A DNA stretch of 64,000 bases from Auanema rhodensis. Lineage: Eukaryota; Animalia; Nematoda. The DNA lies in assembly GCA_964057225.1 (NCBI GenBank), contig OZ059896.1:20150001-20214000 (forward strand), given 5' to 3'. This document shows, in pieces, positions 52,400-64,000 of this stretch. The position numbers were made by a program, and so were the translations under genes. The notes under the pieces are model-generated. The model was not told the DNA's origin, ran no database searches, and saw nothing but the letters and a program-made list of their open reading frames with translations. Position 1 is the stretch's first letter. Each line of letters starts with the position of its first letter.

Positions 52400-55300
52400 T
52401 TAAGCTAGCGCAAATCTGATAACACAGATCGACGCAGCTTAAAAATCCGCATCGAATGCACTATACTACATTGAGAAACGCTTAATACAAAAATTAGTTA
52501 TGATCGTTTGAAAAATGATGCATTAGTGTATGTTGAGTTTCCATGTACACTCAACATTGCTTCCAAAAACATTTTGACAAAAATTTTTTCGAAAAATTTC
52601 AAAATAATTTAGCAAAAAGTAGATGTTTTTAGATTCCTTTATTCAAGGCAAAGACGATGGACAATGTAATTCAACAAAAAAATTAATTCTTCAGGGTGAA
52701 AATCGAGGATATAAGTGTGAACTTATATCAGTTGATATCTCGGTGCATTTTTAAGCTAGCGCAAATCTGATAACACAGATCGACGCAGCTTAAAAATCCG
52801 CATCGAATGCACTATACTACATTGAGAAACGCTTAATACAAAAATTAGTTATGATCGTTTGAAAAATGATGCATTAGTGTATGTTGAGTTTCCATGTACA
52901 CTCAACATTGCTTCCAAAAACATTTTGACAAAAATTTTTTCGAAAAATTTCAAAATAATTTAGCAAAAAGTAGATGTTTTTAGATTCCATTTTTCAAGGA
53001 AAAGACGATGGACAGTGGTATTCAACGAAAAAATTAATTCTTCAGGGTGAAAATCGAGGATATAAGTGTGAACTTATATCAGTTGATATCTCGGTGCATT
53101 TTTAAGCTAGCGCAAATCTGATAACACAGATCGACGCAGCTTAAAAATCCGCATCGAATGCACTATACTACATTGAGAAACGCTTAATACAAAAATTAGT
53201 TATGATCGTTTGAAAAATGATGCATTAGTGTATGTTGAGTTTCCATGTACACTCAACATTGCTTCCAAAAACATTTTGACAAAAATTTTTTCGAAAAATT
53301 TCAAAATAATTTAGTAAAAAGTAGATGTTTTCAGATTCCTTTATTCAAGGCAAAGACGATGGACAATGTTATTCAACAAAAAAATTAATTCTTCAGGGTG
53401 AAAATCGAGGATATAAGTGTGAACTTATATCAGTTGATATCTCGGTGCATTTTTAAGCTAGCGCAAATCTGATAACACAGATCGACGCAGCTTAAAAATC
53501 CGCATTGAATGCACTATACTACATTGAGAAACGCTTGATACAAAATTTAGTTATGATCGTTTGAAAAATGATGCATTAGTGTATGTTGAGTTTCCATGTA
53601 CACTCAACATTGCTTCCAAAAACATTTTGACAAAAATTTTTTCGAAAAATTTCAAAATAATTTAGCAAAAAGTAGATGTTTTTAGATTCCATTTTTCAAG
53701 GCAAAGACGATGGACAATGTTATTCAACGGAAAAATTATTTCTTCAGGGTGAAAATCGAGGATATAAGTGTGAACTTATATCAGTTGATATCTCGGTGCA
53801 TTTTTAAGCTAGCGCAAATCTGATAACACAGATCGACGCAGCTTAAAAATCCGCATCGAATGCACTATACTACATTGAGAAACGCTTAATACAAAAATTA
53901 GTTATGATCGTTTGAAAAATGATGCATTAGTGTATGTTGAGTTTCCATGTACACTCAACATTGCTTCCAAAAACATTTTGACAAAAATTTTTTCGAAAAA
54001 TTTCAAAATAATTTAGCAAAAAGTAGATGTTTTTAGATTCCATTTTTCAAGGCAAAGACGATGGACAGTGGTATTCAACGAAAAAATTAATTCTTCAGGG
54101 TGAAAATCGAGGATATAAGTGTGAACTTATATCAGTTGATATCTCGGTGCATTTTTAAGCTAGCGCAAATCTGATAACACAGATCGACGCAGCTTAAAAA
54201 TCCGCATCGAATGCACTATACTACATTGAGAAACGCTTAATACAAAAATTAGTTATGATCGTTTGAAAAATGATGCATTAGTGTATGTTGAGTTTCCATG
54301 TACACTCAACATTGCTTCCAAAAACATTTTGACAAAAATTTTTTCGAAAAATTTCAAAATAATTTAGCAAAAAGTAGATGTTTTTAGATTCCTTTATTCA
54401 AGGCAAAGACGATGGACAATGTAATTCAACAAAAAAATTAATTCTTCAGGGTGAAAATCGAGGATATAAGTGTGAACTTATATCAGTTGATATCTCGGTG
54501 CATTTTTAAGCTAGCGCAAATCTGATAACACAGATCGACGCAGCTTAAAAATCCGCATCGAATGCACTATACTACATTGAGAAACGCTTAATACAAAAAT
54601 TAGTTATGATCGTTTGAAAAATGATGCATTAGTGTATGTTGAGTTTCCATGTACACTCAACATTGCTTCCAAAAACATTTTGACAAAAATTTTTTCGAAA
54701 AATTTCAAAATAATTTAGCAAAAAGTAGATGTTTTTAGATTCCTTTATTCAAGGCAAAGACGATGGACAATGTAATTCAACAAAAAAATTAATTCTTCAG
54801 GGTGAAAATCGAGGATATAAGTGTGAACTTATATCAGTTGATATCTCGGTGCATTTTTAAGCTAGCGCAAATCTGATAACACAGATCGACGCAGCTTAAA
54901 AATCCGCATCGAATGCACTATACTACATTGAGAAACGCTTAATACAAAAATTAGTTATGATCGTTTGAAAAATGATGCATTAGTGTATGTTGAGTTTCCA
55001 TGTACACTCAACATTGCTTCCAAAAACATTTTGACAAAAATTTTTTCGAAAAATTTCAAAATAATTTAGCAAAAAGTAGATGTTTTTAGATTCCATTTTT
55101 CAAGGAAAAGACGATGGACAGTGGTATTCAACGAAAAAATTAATTCTTCAGGGTGAAAATCGAGGATATAAGTGTGAACTTATATCAGTTGATATCTCGG
55201 TGCATTTTTAAGCTAGCGCAAATCTGATAACACAGATCGACGCAGCTTAAAAATCCGCATCGAATGCACTATACTACATTGAGAAACGCTTAATACAAAA

Positions 55301-56500
55301 ATTAGTTATGATCGTTTGAAAAATGATGCATTAGTGTATGTTGAGTTTCCATGTACACTCAATATTGCTTCCAAAAACATTTTGACAAAAATTTTTTCGA
55401 AAAATTTCAAAATAATTTAGTAAAAAGTAGATGTTTTTAGATTCCTTTATTCAAGGCAAAGACGATGGACAATGTTATTCAACAAAAAAATTAATTCTTC
55501 AGGGTGAAAATCGAGGATATAAGTGTGAACTTATATCAGTTGATATCTCGGTGCATTTTTAAGCTAGCGCAAATCTGATAACACAGATCGACGCAGCTTA
55601 AATATCCGCATTGAATGCACTATACTACATTGAGAAACGCTTTATACAAAATATAGTTATGATCGTTTGAAAAATGATGCATTAGTGTATGTTGAGTTTC
55701 CATGTACACTCAACATTGCTTCCAAAAACATTTTGACAAAAATTTTTTCGAAAAATTTCAAAATAATTTAGCAAAAAGTAGATGTTTTTAGATTCCATTT
55801 TTCAAGGCAAAGACGATGGACAATGTTATTCAACGGAAAAATTATTTCTTCAGGGTGAAAATCGAGGATATAAGTGTGAACTTATATCAGTTGATATCTC
55901 GGTGCATTTTTAAGCTAGCGCAAATCTGATAACACAGATCGACGCAGCTTAAAAATCCGCATCGAATGCACTATACTACATTGAGAAACGCTTAATACAA
56001 AAATTAGTTATGATCGTTTGAAAAATGATGCATTAGTGTATGTTGAGTTTCCATGTACACTCAACATTGCTTCCAAAAACATTTTGACAAAAATTTTTTC
56101 GAAAAATTTCAAAATAATTTAGCAAAAAGTAGATGTTTTTAGATTCCATTTTTCAAGGCAAAGACGATGGACAGTGGTATTCAACGAAAAAATTAATTCT
56201 TCAGGGTGAAAATCGAGGATATAAGTGTGAACTTATATCAGTTGATATCTCGGTGCATTTTTAAGCTAGCGCAAATCTGATAACACAGATCGACGCAGCT
56301 TAAAAATCCGCATCGAATGCACTATACTACATTGAGAAACGCTTAATACAAAAATTAGTTATGATCGTTTGAAAAATGATGCATTAGTGTATGTTGAGTT
56401 TCCATGTACACTCAACATTGCTTCCAAAAACATTTTGACAAAAATTTTTTCGAAAAATTTCAAAATAATTTAGCAAAAAGTAGATGTTTTTAGATTCCTT
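52400..56500. repeat. Duplication at 6-monomer offset
   Basis: CAAGGAAAAG 53000/55106 (offset 2106), with matching flanking monomer types. Boundaries are approximate. Confidence 0.7.
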
Positions 56501-59500
56501 TATTCAAGGCAAAGACGATGGACAATGTTATTCAACGAAAAAATTAATTCTTCAGGGTGAAAATCGAGGATATAAGTGTGAACTTATATCAGTTGATATC
56601 TCGGTGCATTTTTAAGCTAGCGCAAATCTGATAACACAGATCGACGCAGCTTAAAAATCCGCATCGAATGCACTATACTACATTGAGAAACGCTTAATAC
56701 AAAAATTAGTTATGATCGTTTGAAAAATGATGCATTAGTGTATGTTGAGTTTCCATGTACACTCAACATTGCTTCCAAAAACATTTTGACAAAAATTTTT
56801 TCGAAAAATTTCAAAATAATTTAGCAAAAAGTAGATGTTTTTAGATTCCTTTATTCAAGGCAAAGACGATGGACAATGTAATTCAACAAAAAAATTAATT
56901 CTTCAGGGTGAAAATCGAGGATATAAGTGTGAACTTATATCAGTTGATATCTCGGTGCATTTTTAAGCTAGCGCAAATCTGATAACACAGATCGACGCAG
57001 CTTAAAAATCCGCATCGAATGCACTATACTACATTGAGAAACGCTTAATACAAAAATTAGTTATGATCGTTTGAAAAATGATGCATTAGTGTATGTTGAG
57101 TTTCCATGTACACTCAACATTGCTTCCAAAAACATTTTGACAAAAATTTTTTCGAAAAATTTCAAAATAATTTAGCAAAAAGTAGATGTTTTTAGATTCC
57201 TTTATTCAAGGCAAAGACGATGGACAATGTAATTCAACAAAAAAATTAATTCTTCAGGGTGAAAATCGAGGATATAAGTGTGAACTTATATCAGTTGATA
57301 TCTCGGTGCATTTTTAAGCTAGCGCAAATCTGATAACACAGATCGACGCAGCTTAAAAATCCGCATCGAATGCACTATACTACATTGAGAAACGCTTAAT
57401 ACAAAAATTAGTTATGATCGTTTGAAAAATGATGCATTAGTGTATGTTGAGTTTCCATGTACACTCAACATTGCTTCCAAAAACATTTTGACAAAAATTT
57501 TTTCGAAAAATTTCAAAATAATTTAGCAAAAAGTAGATGTTTTTAGATTCCATTTTTCAAGGCAAAGACGATGGACAGTGGTATTCAACGAAAAAATTAA
57601 TTCTTCAGGGTGAAAATCGAGGATATAAGTGTGAACTTATATCAGTTGATATCTCGGTGCATTTTTAAGCTAGCGCAAATCTGATAACACAGATCGACGC
57701 AGCTTAAAAATCCGCATCGAATGCACTATACTACATTGAGAAACGCTTAATACAAAAATTAGTTATGATCGTTTGAAAAATGATGCATTAGTGTATGTTG
57801 AGTTTCCATGTACACTCAACATTGCTTCCAAAAACATTTTGACAAAAATTTTTTCGAAAAATTTCAAAATAATTTAGCAAAAAGTAGATGTTTTTAGATT
57901 CCTTTATTCAAGGCAAAGACGATGGACAATGTTATTCAACGAAAAAATTAATTCTTCAGGGTGAAAATCGAGGATATAAGTGTGAACTTATATCAGTTGA
58001 TATCTCGGTGCATTTTTAAGCTAGCGCAAATCTGATAACACAGATCGACGCAGCTTAAAAATCCGCATCGAATGCACTATACTATATTGAGAAACGCTTA
58101 ATACAAAAATTAGTTATGATCGTTTGAAAAATGATGCATTAGTGTATGTTGAGTTTCCATGTACACTCAACATTGCTTCCAAAAACATTTTGACAAAAAT
58201 TTTTTCGAAAAATTTCAAAATAATTTAGCAAAAAGTAGATGTTTTTAGATTCCTTTATTCAAGGCAAAGACGATGGACAATGTTATTCAACAAAAAAATT
58301 AATTCTTCAGGGTGAAAATCGAGGATATAAGTGTGAACTTATATCAGTTGATATCTCGGTGCATTTTTAAGCTAGCGCAAATCTGATAACACAGATCGAC
58401 GCAGCTTAAAAATCCGCATCGAATGCACTATACTACATTGAGAAACGCTTAATACAAAAATTAGTTATGATCGTTTGAAAAATGATGCATTAGTGTATGT
58501 TGAGTTTCCATGTACACTCAACATTGCTTCCAAAAACATTTTGACAAAAATTTTTTCGAAAAATTTCAAAATAATTTAGCAAAAAGTAGATGTTTTTAGA
58601 TTCCTTTATTCAAGGCAAAGACGATGGACAATGTAATTCAACAAAAAAATTAATTCTTCAGGGTGAAAATCGAGGATATAAGTGTGAACTTATATCAGTT
58701 GATATCTCGGTGCATTTTTAAGCTAGCGCAAATCTGATAACACAGATCGACGCAGCTTAAAAATCCGCATCGAATGCACTATACTACATTGAGAAACGCT
58801 TAATACAAAAATTAGTTATGATCGTTTGAAAAATGATGCATTAGTGTATGTTGAGTTTCCATGTACACTCAACATTGCTTCCAAAAACATTTTGACAAAA
58901 ATTTTTTCGAAAAATTTCAAAATAATTTAGCAAAAAGTAGATGTTTTTAGATTCCATTTTTCAAGGCAAAGACGATGGACAGTGGTATTCAACGAAAAAA
59001 TTAATTCTTCAGGGTGAAAATCGAGGATATAAGTGTGAACTTATATCAGTTGATATCTCGGTGCATTTTTAAGCTAGCGCAAATCTGATAACACAGATCG
59101 ACGCAGCTTAAAAATCCGCATCGAATGCACTATACTACATTGAGAAACGCTTAATACAAAAATTAGTTATGATCGTTTGAAAAATGATGCATTAGTGTAT
59201 GTTGAGTTTCCATGTACACTCAACATTGCTTCCAAAAACATTTTGACAAAAATTTTTTCGAAAAATTTCAAAATAATTTAGCAAAAAGTAGATGTTTTTA
59301 GATTCCTTTATTCAAGGCAAAGACGATGGACAATGTTATTCAACGAAAAAATTAATTCTTCAGGGTGAAAATCGAGGATATAAGTGTGAACTTATATCAG
59401 TTGATATCTCGGTGCATTTTTAAGCTAGCGCAAATCTGATAACACAGATCGACGCAGCTTAAAAATCCGCATCGAATGCACTATACTACATTGAGAAACG

Positions 59501-62500
59501 CTTAATACAAAAATTAGTTATGATCGTTTGAAAAATGATGCATTAGTGTATGTTGAGTTTCCATGTACACTCAACATTGCTTCCAAAAACATTTTGACAA
59601 AAATTTTTTCGAAAAATTTCAAAATAATTTAGCAAAAAGTAGATGTTTTTAGATTCCTTTATTCAAGGCAAAGACGATGGACAATGTTATTCAACAAAAA
59701 AATTAATTCTTCAGGGTGAAAATCGAGGATATAAGTGTGAACTTATATCAGTTGATATCTCGGTGCATTTTTAAGCTAGCGCAAATCTGATAACACAGAT
59801 CGACGCAGCTTAAAAATCCGCATCGAATGCACTATACTACATTGAGAAACGCTTGATACAAAAATTAGTTATGATCGTTTGAAAAATGATGCATTAGTGT
59901 ATGTTGAGTTTCCATGTACACTCAACATTGCTTCCAAAAACATTTTGACAAAAATTTTTTCGAAAAATTTCAAAATAATTTAGCAAAAAGTAGATGTTTT
60001 TAGATTCCATTTTTCAAGGCAAAGACGATGGACAATGTTATTCAACGGAAAAATTATTTCTTCAGGGTGAAAATCGAGGATATAAGTGTGAACTTATATC
60101 AGTTGATATCTCGGTGCATTTTTAAGCTAGCGCAAATCTGATAACACAGATCGACGCAGCTTAAAAATCCGCATCGAATGCACTATACTACATTGAGAAA
60201 CGCTTAATACAAAAATTAGTTATGATCGTTTGAAAAATGATGCATTAGTGTATGTTGAGTTTCCATGTACACTCAACATTGCTTCCAAAAACATTTTGAC
60301 AAAAATTTTTTCGAAAAATTTCAAAATAATTTAGCAAAAAGTAGATGTTTTTAGATTCCATTTTTCAAGGCAAAGACGATGGACAATGTTATTCAACGGA
60401 AAAATTATTTCTTCAGGGTGAAAATCGAGGATATAAGTGTGAACTTATATCAGTTGATATCTCGGTGCATTTTTAAGCTAGCGCAAATCTGATAACACAG
60501 ATCGACGCAGCTTAAAAATCCGCATCGAATGCACTATACTACATTGAGAAACGCTTAATACAAAAATTAGTTATGATCGTTTGAAAAATGATGCATTAGT
60601 GTATGTTGAGTTTCCATGTACACTCAACATTGCTTCCAAAAACATTTTGACAAAAATTTTTTCGAAAAATTTCAAAATAATTTAGCAAAAAGTAGATGTT
60701 TTTAGATTCCATTTTTCAAGGCAAAGACGATGGACAGTGTTATTCAACGAAAAAATTAATTCTTCAGGGTGAAAATCGAGGATATAAGTGTGAACTTATA
60801 TCAGTTGATATCTCGGTGCATTTGTAAGCTAGCGCAAATCTGATAACACAGATCGAAGCAGCTTAAAAATCCGCATCGAATGCACTATACTACATTGAGA
60901 AACGCTTCATACAAAAATTAGTTATGATCGTTTGAAAAATGATGCATTAGTGTATGTTGAGTTTCCATGTACACTCAACATTGCTTCCAAAAACATTTTG
61001 ACAAAAATTTTTTCGAAAAATTTCGAAATAATTTAGCAAAAAGTAGATGTTTTTAAATTCCTTTATTCAAGGCAAAGACGATGGACAATGTTATTCAACG
61101 AAAAAATTAATTCTTCAGGGTGAAAATCGAGGATATAAGTGTGAACTTATATCAGTTGATATCTCGGTGCATTTTTAAGCTAGCGCAAATCTGATAACAC
61201 AGATCGACGCAGCTTAAAAATCCGCATCGAATGCACTATACTACATTGAAAAACGCTTAATACAAAAATTAGTTATGATCGTTTGAAAAATGATGCATTA
61301 GTGTATGTTGAGTTTCCATGTACACTCAACATTGCTTCCAAAAACATTTTGACAAAAATTTTTTCGAAAAATTTCAAAATAATTTAGCAAAAAGTAGATG
61401 TTTTTAGATTCCATTTTTCAAGGCAAAGACGATGGACAATGTTATTCAACGAAAAAATTAATTCTTCAGGGTGAAAATCGAGGATATAAGTGTGAACTTA
61501 TATCAGTTGATATCTCGGTGCATTTTTAAGCTAGCGCAAATCTGATAACACAGATCGACGCAGCTTAAAAATCCGCATCGAATGCACTATACTACATTGA
61601 AAAACGCTTAATACAAAAATTAGTTATGATCGTTTGAAAAATGATGCATTAGTGTATGTTGAGTTTCCATGTACACTCAACATTGCTTCCAAAAACATTT
61701 TGACAAAAATTTTTTCGAAAAATTTCAAAATAATTTAGCAAAAAGTAGATGTTTTTAGATTCCATTTTTCAAGGCAAAGACGATGGACAGTGTTATTCAA
61801 CGAAAAAATTAATTCTTCAGGGTGAAAATCGAGGATATAAGTGTGAACTTATATCAGTTGATATCTCGGTGCATTTTTAAGCTAGCGCAAATCTGATAAC
61901 ACAGATCGACGCAGCTTAAAAATCCGCATCGAATGCACTATACTACATTGAGAAACGCTTAATACAAAAATTAGTTATGATCGTTTGAAAAATGATGCAT
62001 TAGTGTATGTTGAGTTTCCATGTACACTCAACATTGCTTCCAAAAACATTTTGACAAAAATTTTTTCGAAAAATTTCAAAATAATTTAGCAAAAAGTAGA
62101 TGTTTTTAGATTCCATTTTTCAAGGCAAAGACGATGGACAGTGTTATTCAACGAAAAAATTAATTCTTCAGGGTGAAAATCGAGGATATAAGTGTGAACT
62201 TATATCAGTTGATATCTCGGTGCATTTGTAAGCTAGCGCAAATCTGATAACACAGATCGAAGCAGCTTAAAAATCCGCATCGAATGCACTATACTACATT
62301 GAGAAACGCTTCATACAAAAATTAGTTATGATCGTTTGAAAAATGATGCATTAGTGTATGTTGAGTTTCCATGTACACTCAACATTGCTTCCAAAAACAT
62401 TTTGACAAAAATTTTTTCGAAAAATTTCAAAATAATTTAGCAAAAAGTAGATGTTTTTAGATTCCATTTTTCAAGGCAAAGACGATGGACAGTGTTATTC

Positions 62501-64000
62501 AACGAAAAAATTAATTCTTCAGGGTGAAAATCGAGGATATAAGTGTGAACTTATATCAGTTGATATCTCGGTGCATTTGTAAGCTAGCGCAAATCTGATA
62601 ACACAGATCGAAGCAGCTTAAAAATCCGCATCGAATGCACTATACTACATTGAGAAACGCTTCATACAAAAATTAGTTATGATCGTTTGAAAAATGATGC
62701 ATTAGTGTATGTTGAGTTTCCATGTACACTCAACATTGCTTCCAAAAACATTTTGACAAAAATTTTTTCGAAAAATTTCGAAATAATTTAGCAAAAAGTA
62801 GATGTTTTTAAATTCCTTTATTCAAGGCAAAGACGATGGACAATGTTATTCAACGAAAAAATTAATTCTTCAGGGTGAAAATCGAGGATATAAGTGTGAA
62901 CTTATATCAGTTGATATCTCGGTGCATTTTTAAGCTAGCGCAAATCTGATAACACAGATCGACGCAGCTTAAAAATCCGCATCGAATGCACTATACTACA
63001 TTGAAAAACGCTTAATACAAAAATTAGTTATGATCGTTTGAAAAATGATGCATTAGTGTATGTTGAGTTTCCATGTACACTCAACATTGCTTCCAAAAAC
63101 ATTTTGACAAAAATTTTTTCGAAAAATTTCGAAATAATTTAGCAAAAAGTAGATGTTTTTAAATTCCTTTATTCAAGGCAAAGACGATGGACAATGTTAT
63201 TCAACGAAAAAATTAATTCTTCAGGGTGAAAATCGAGGATATAAGTGTGAACTTATATCAGTTGATATCTCGGTGCATTTTTAAGCTAGCGCAAATCTGA
63301 TAACACAGATCGACGCAGCTTAAAAATCCGCATTGAATGCACTATACTACATTGAGAAACGCTTAATACAAAAATTAGTTATGATCGTTTGAAAAATGAT
63401 GCATTAGTGTATGTTGAGTTTCCATGTACACTCAACATTGCTTCCAAAAACATTTTGACAAAAATTTTTTCGAAAAATTTCAAAATAATTTAGCAAAAAG
63501 TAGATGTTTTTAGATTCCTTTATTCAAGGCAAAGACGATGGACAATGTTATTCAACAAAAAAATTAATTCTTCAGGGTGAAAATCGAGGATATAAGTGTG
63601 AACTTATATCAGTTGATATCTCGGTGCATTTTTAAGCTAGCGCAAATCTGATAACACAGATCGACGCAGCTTAAAAATCCGCATCGAATGCACTATACTA
63701 CATTGAGAAACGCTTAATACAAAAATTAGTTATGATCGTTTGAAAAATGATGCATTAGTGTATGTTGAGTTTCCATGTACACTCAACATTGCTTCCAAAA
63801 ACATTTTGACAAAAATTTTTTCGAAAAATTTCAAAATAATTTAGCAAAAAGTAGATGTTTTTAGATTCCATTTTTCAAGGCAAAGACGATGGACAGTGTT
63901 ATTCAACGAAAAAATTAATTCTTCAGGGTGAAAATCGAGGATATAAGTGTGAACTTATATCAGTTGATATCTCGGTGCATTTGTAAGCTAGCGCAAATCT

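Larger units (their letters stand above)
1..64000. repeat. Tandem satellite-type array, 351-bp monomer, ~182.3 copies, running off both window edges
   Basis: AAGACGATGG at 1, 352, 703 ...; every 20th copy starts a printed line (7021, 14041, 21061, 28081, 35101, 42121, 49141, 56161, 63181), so there is no net indel. The first copy has 111/351 G+C (~32%). Copies differ by a handful of substitutions. Confidence 0.99.

Noticed and set aside
1-64000. CRISPR array or repeat-spacer system
   Set aside because: There are no unique spacers; the entire 351 bp repeats, and no cas or other genes are present.
1-64000. Tandem-repeat protein gene (351 = 117 codons)
   Set aside because: The period is divisible by 3, but the six-frame track shows no ORF longer than 63 aa, so no frame stays open through a full monomer.
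1-64000. Rolling-circle/amplification concatemer artefact of one small circle
   Set aside because: Variants are shared among copies in ordered, nested, position-dependent haplotypes, which indicates genomic evolution rather than random errors on one template.

Overview
The whole window is one uninterrupted head-to-tail tandem array (satellite-type DNA) of a 351-bp monomer of about 32% GC. It holds about 182.3 copies, all on the same strand. The 351-bp register holds from base 1 to 64000: the monomer start AAGACGATGG recurs at 14041, 21061, 28081 ... 63181 (7021 carries the variant AAAACGATGG). Copies differ only by a few substitutions. I found no credible protein-coding gene, RNA gene, transposon or CRISPR array; the two listed ORFs arise from a stop-codon SNV in two copies. 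Three things stand out. (1) The monomer is densely packed with inverted repeats, including a 9-bp stem whose GNRA-type tetraloop survives both loop variants seen. (2) Shared rare SNVs record nested tandem duplications of 2, 3, 6, 7, 8, 10 and about 29 monomers. (3) Variant subfamilies are spatially segregated along the array. I do not recognise the satellite family or the organism. All variant positions were read by eye and should be confirmed by alignment.
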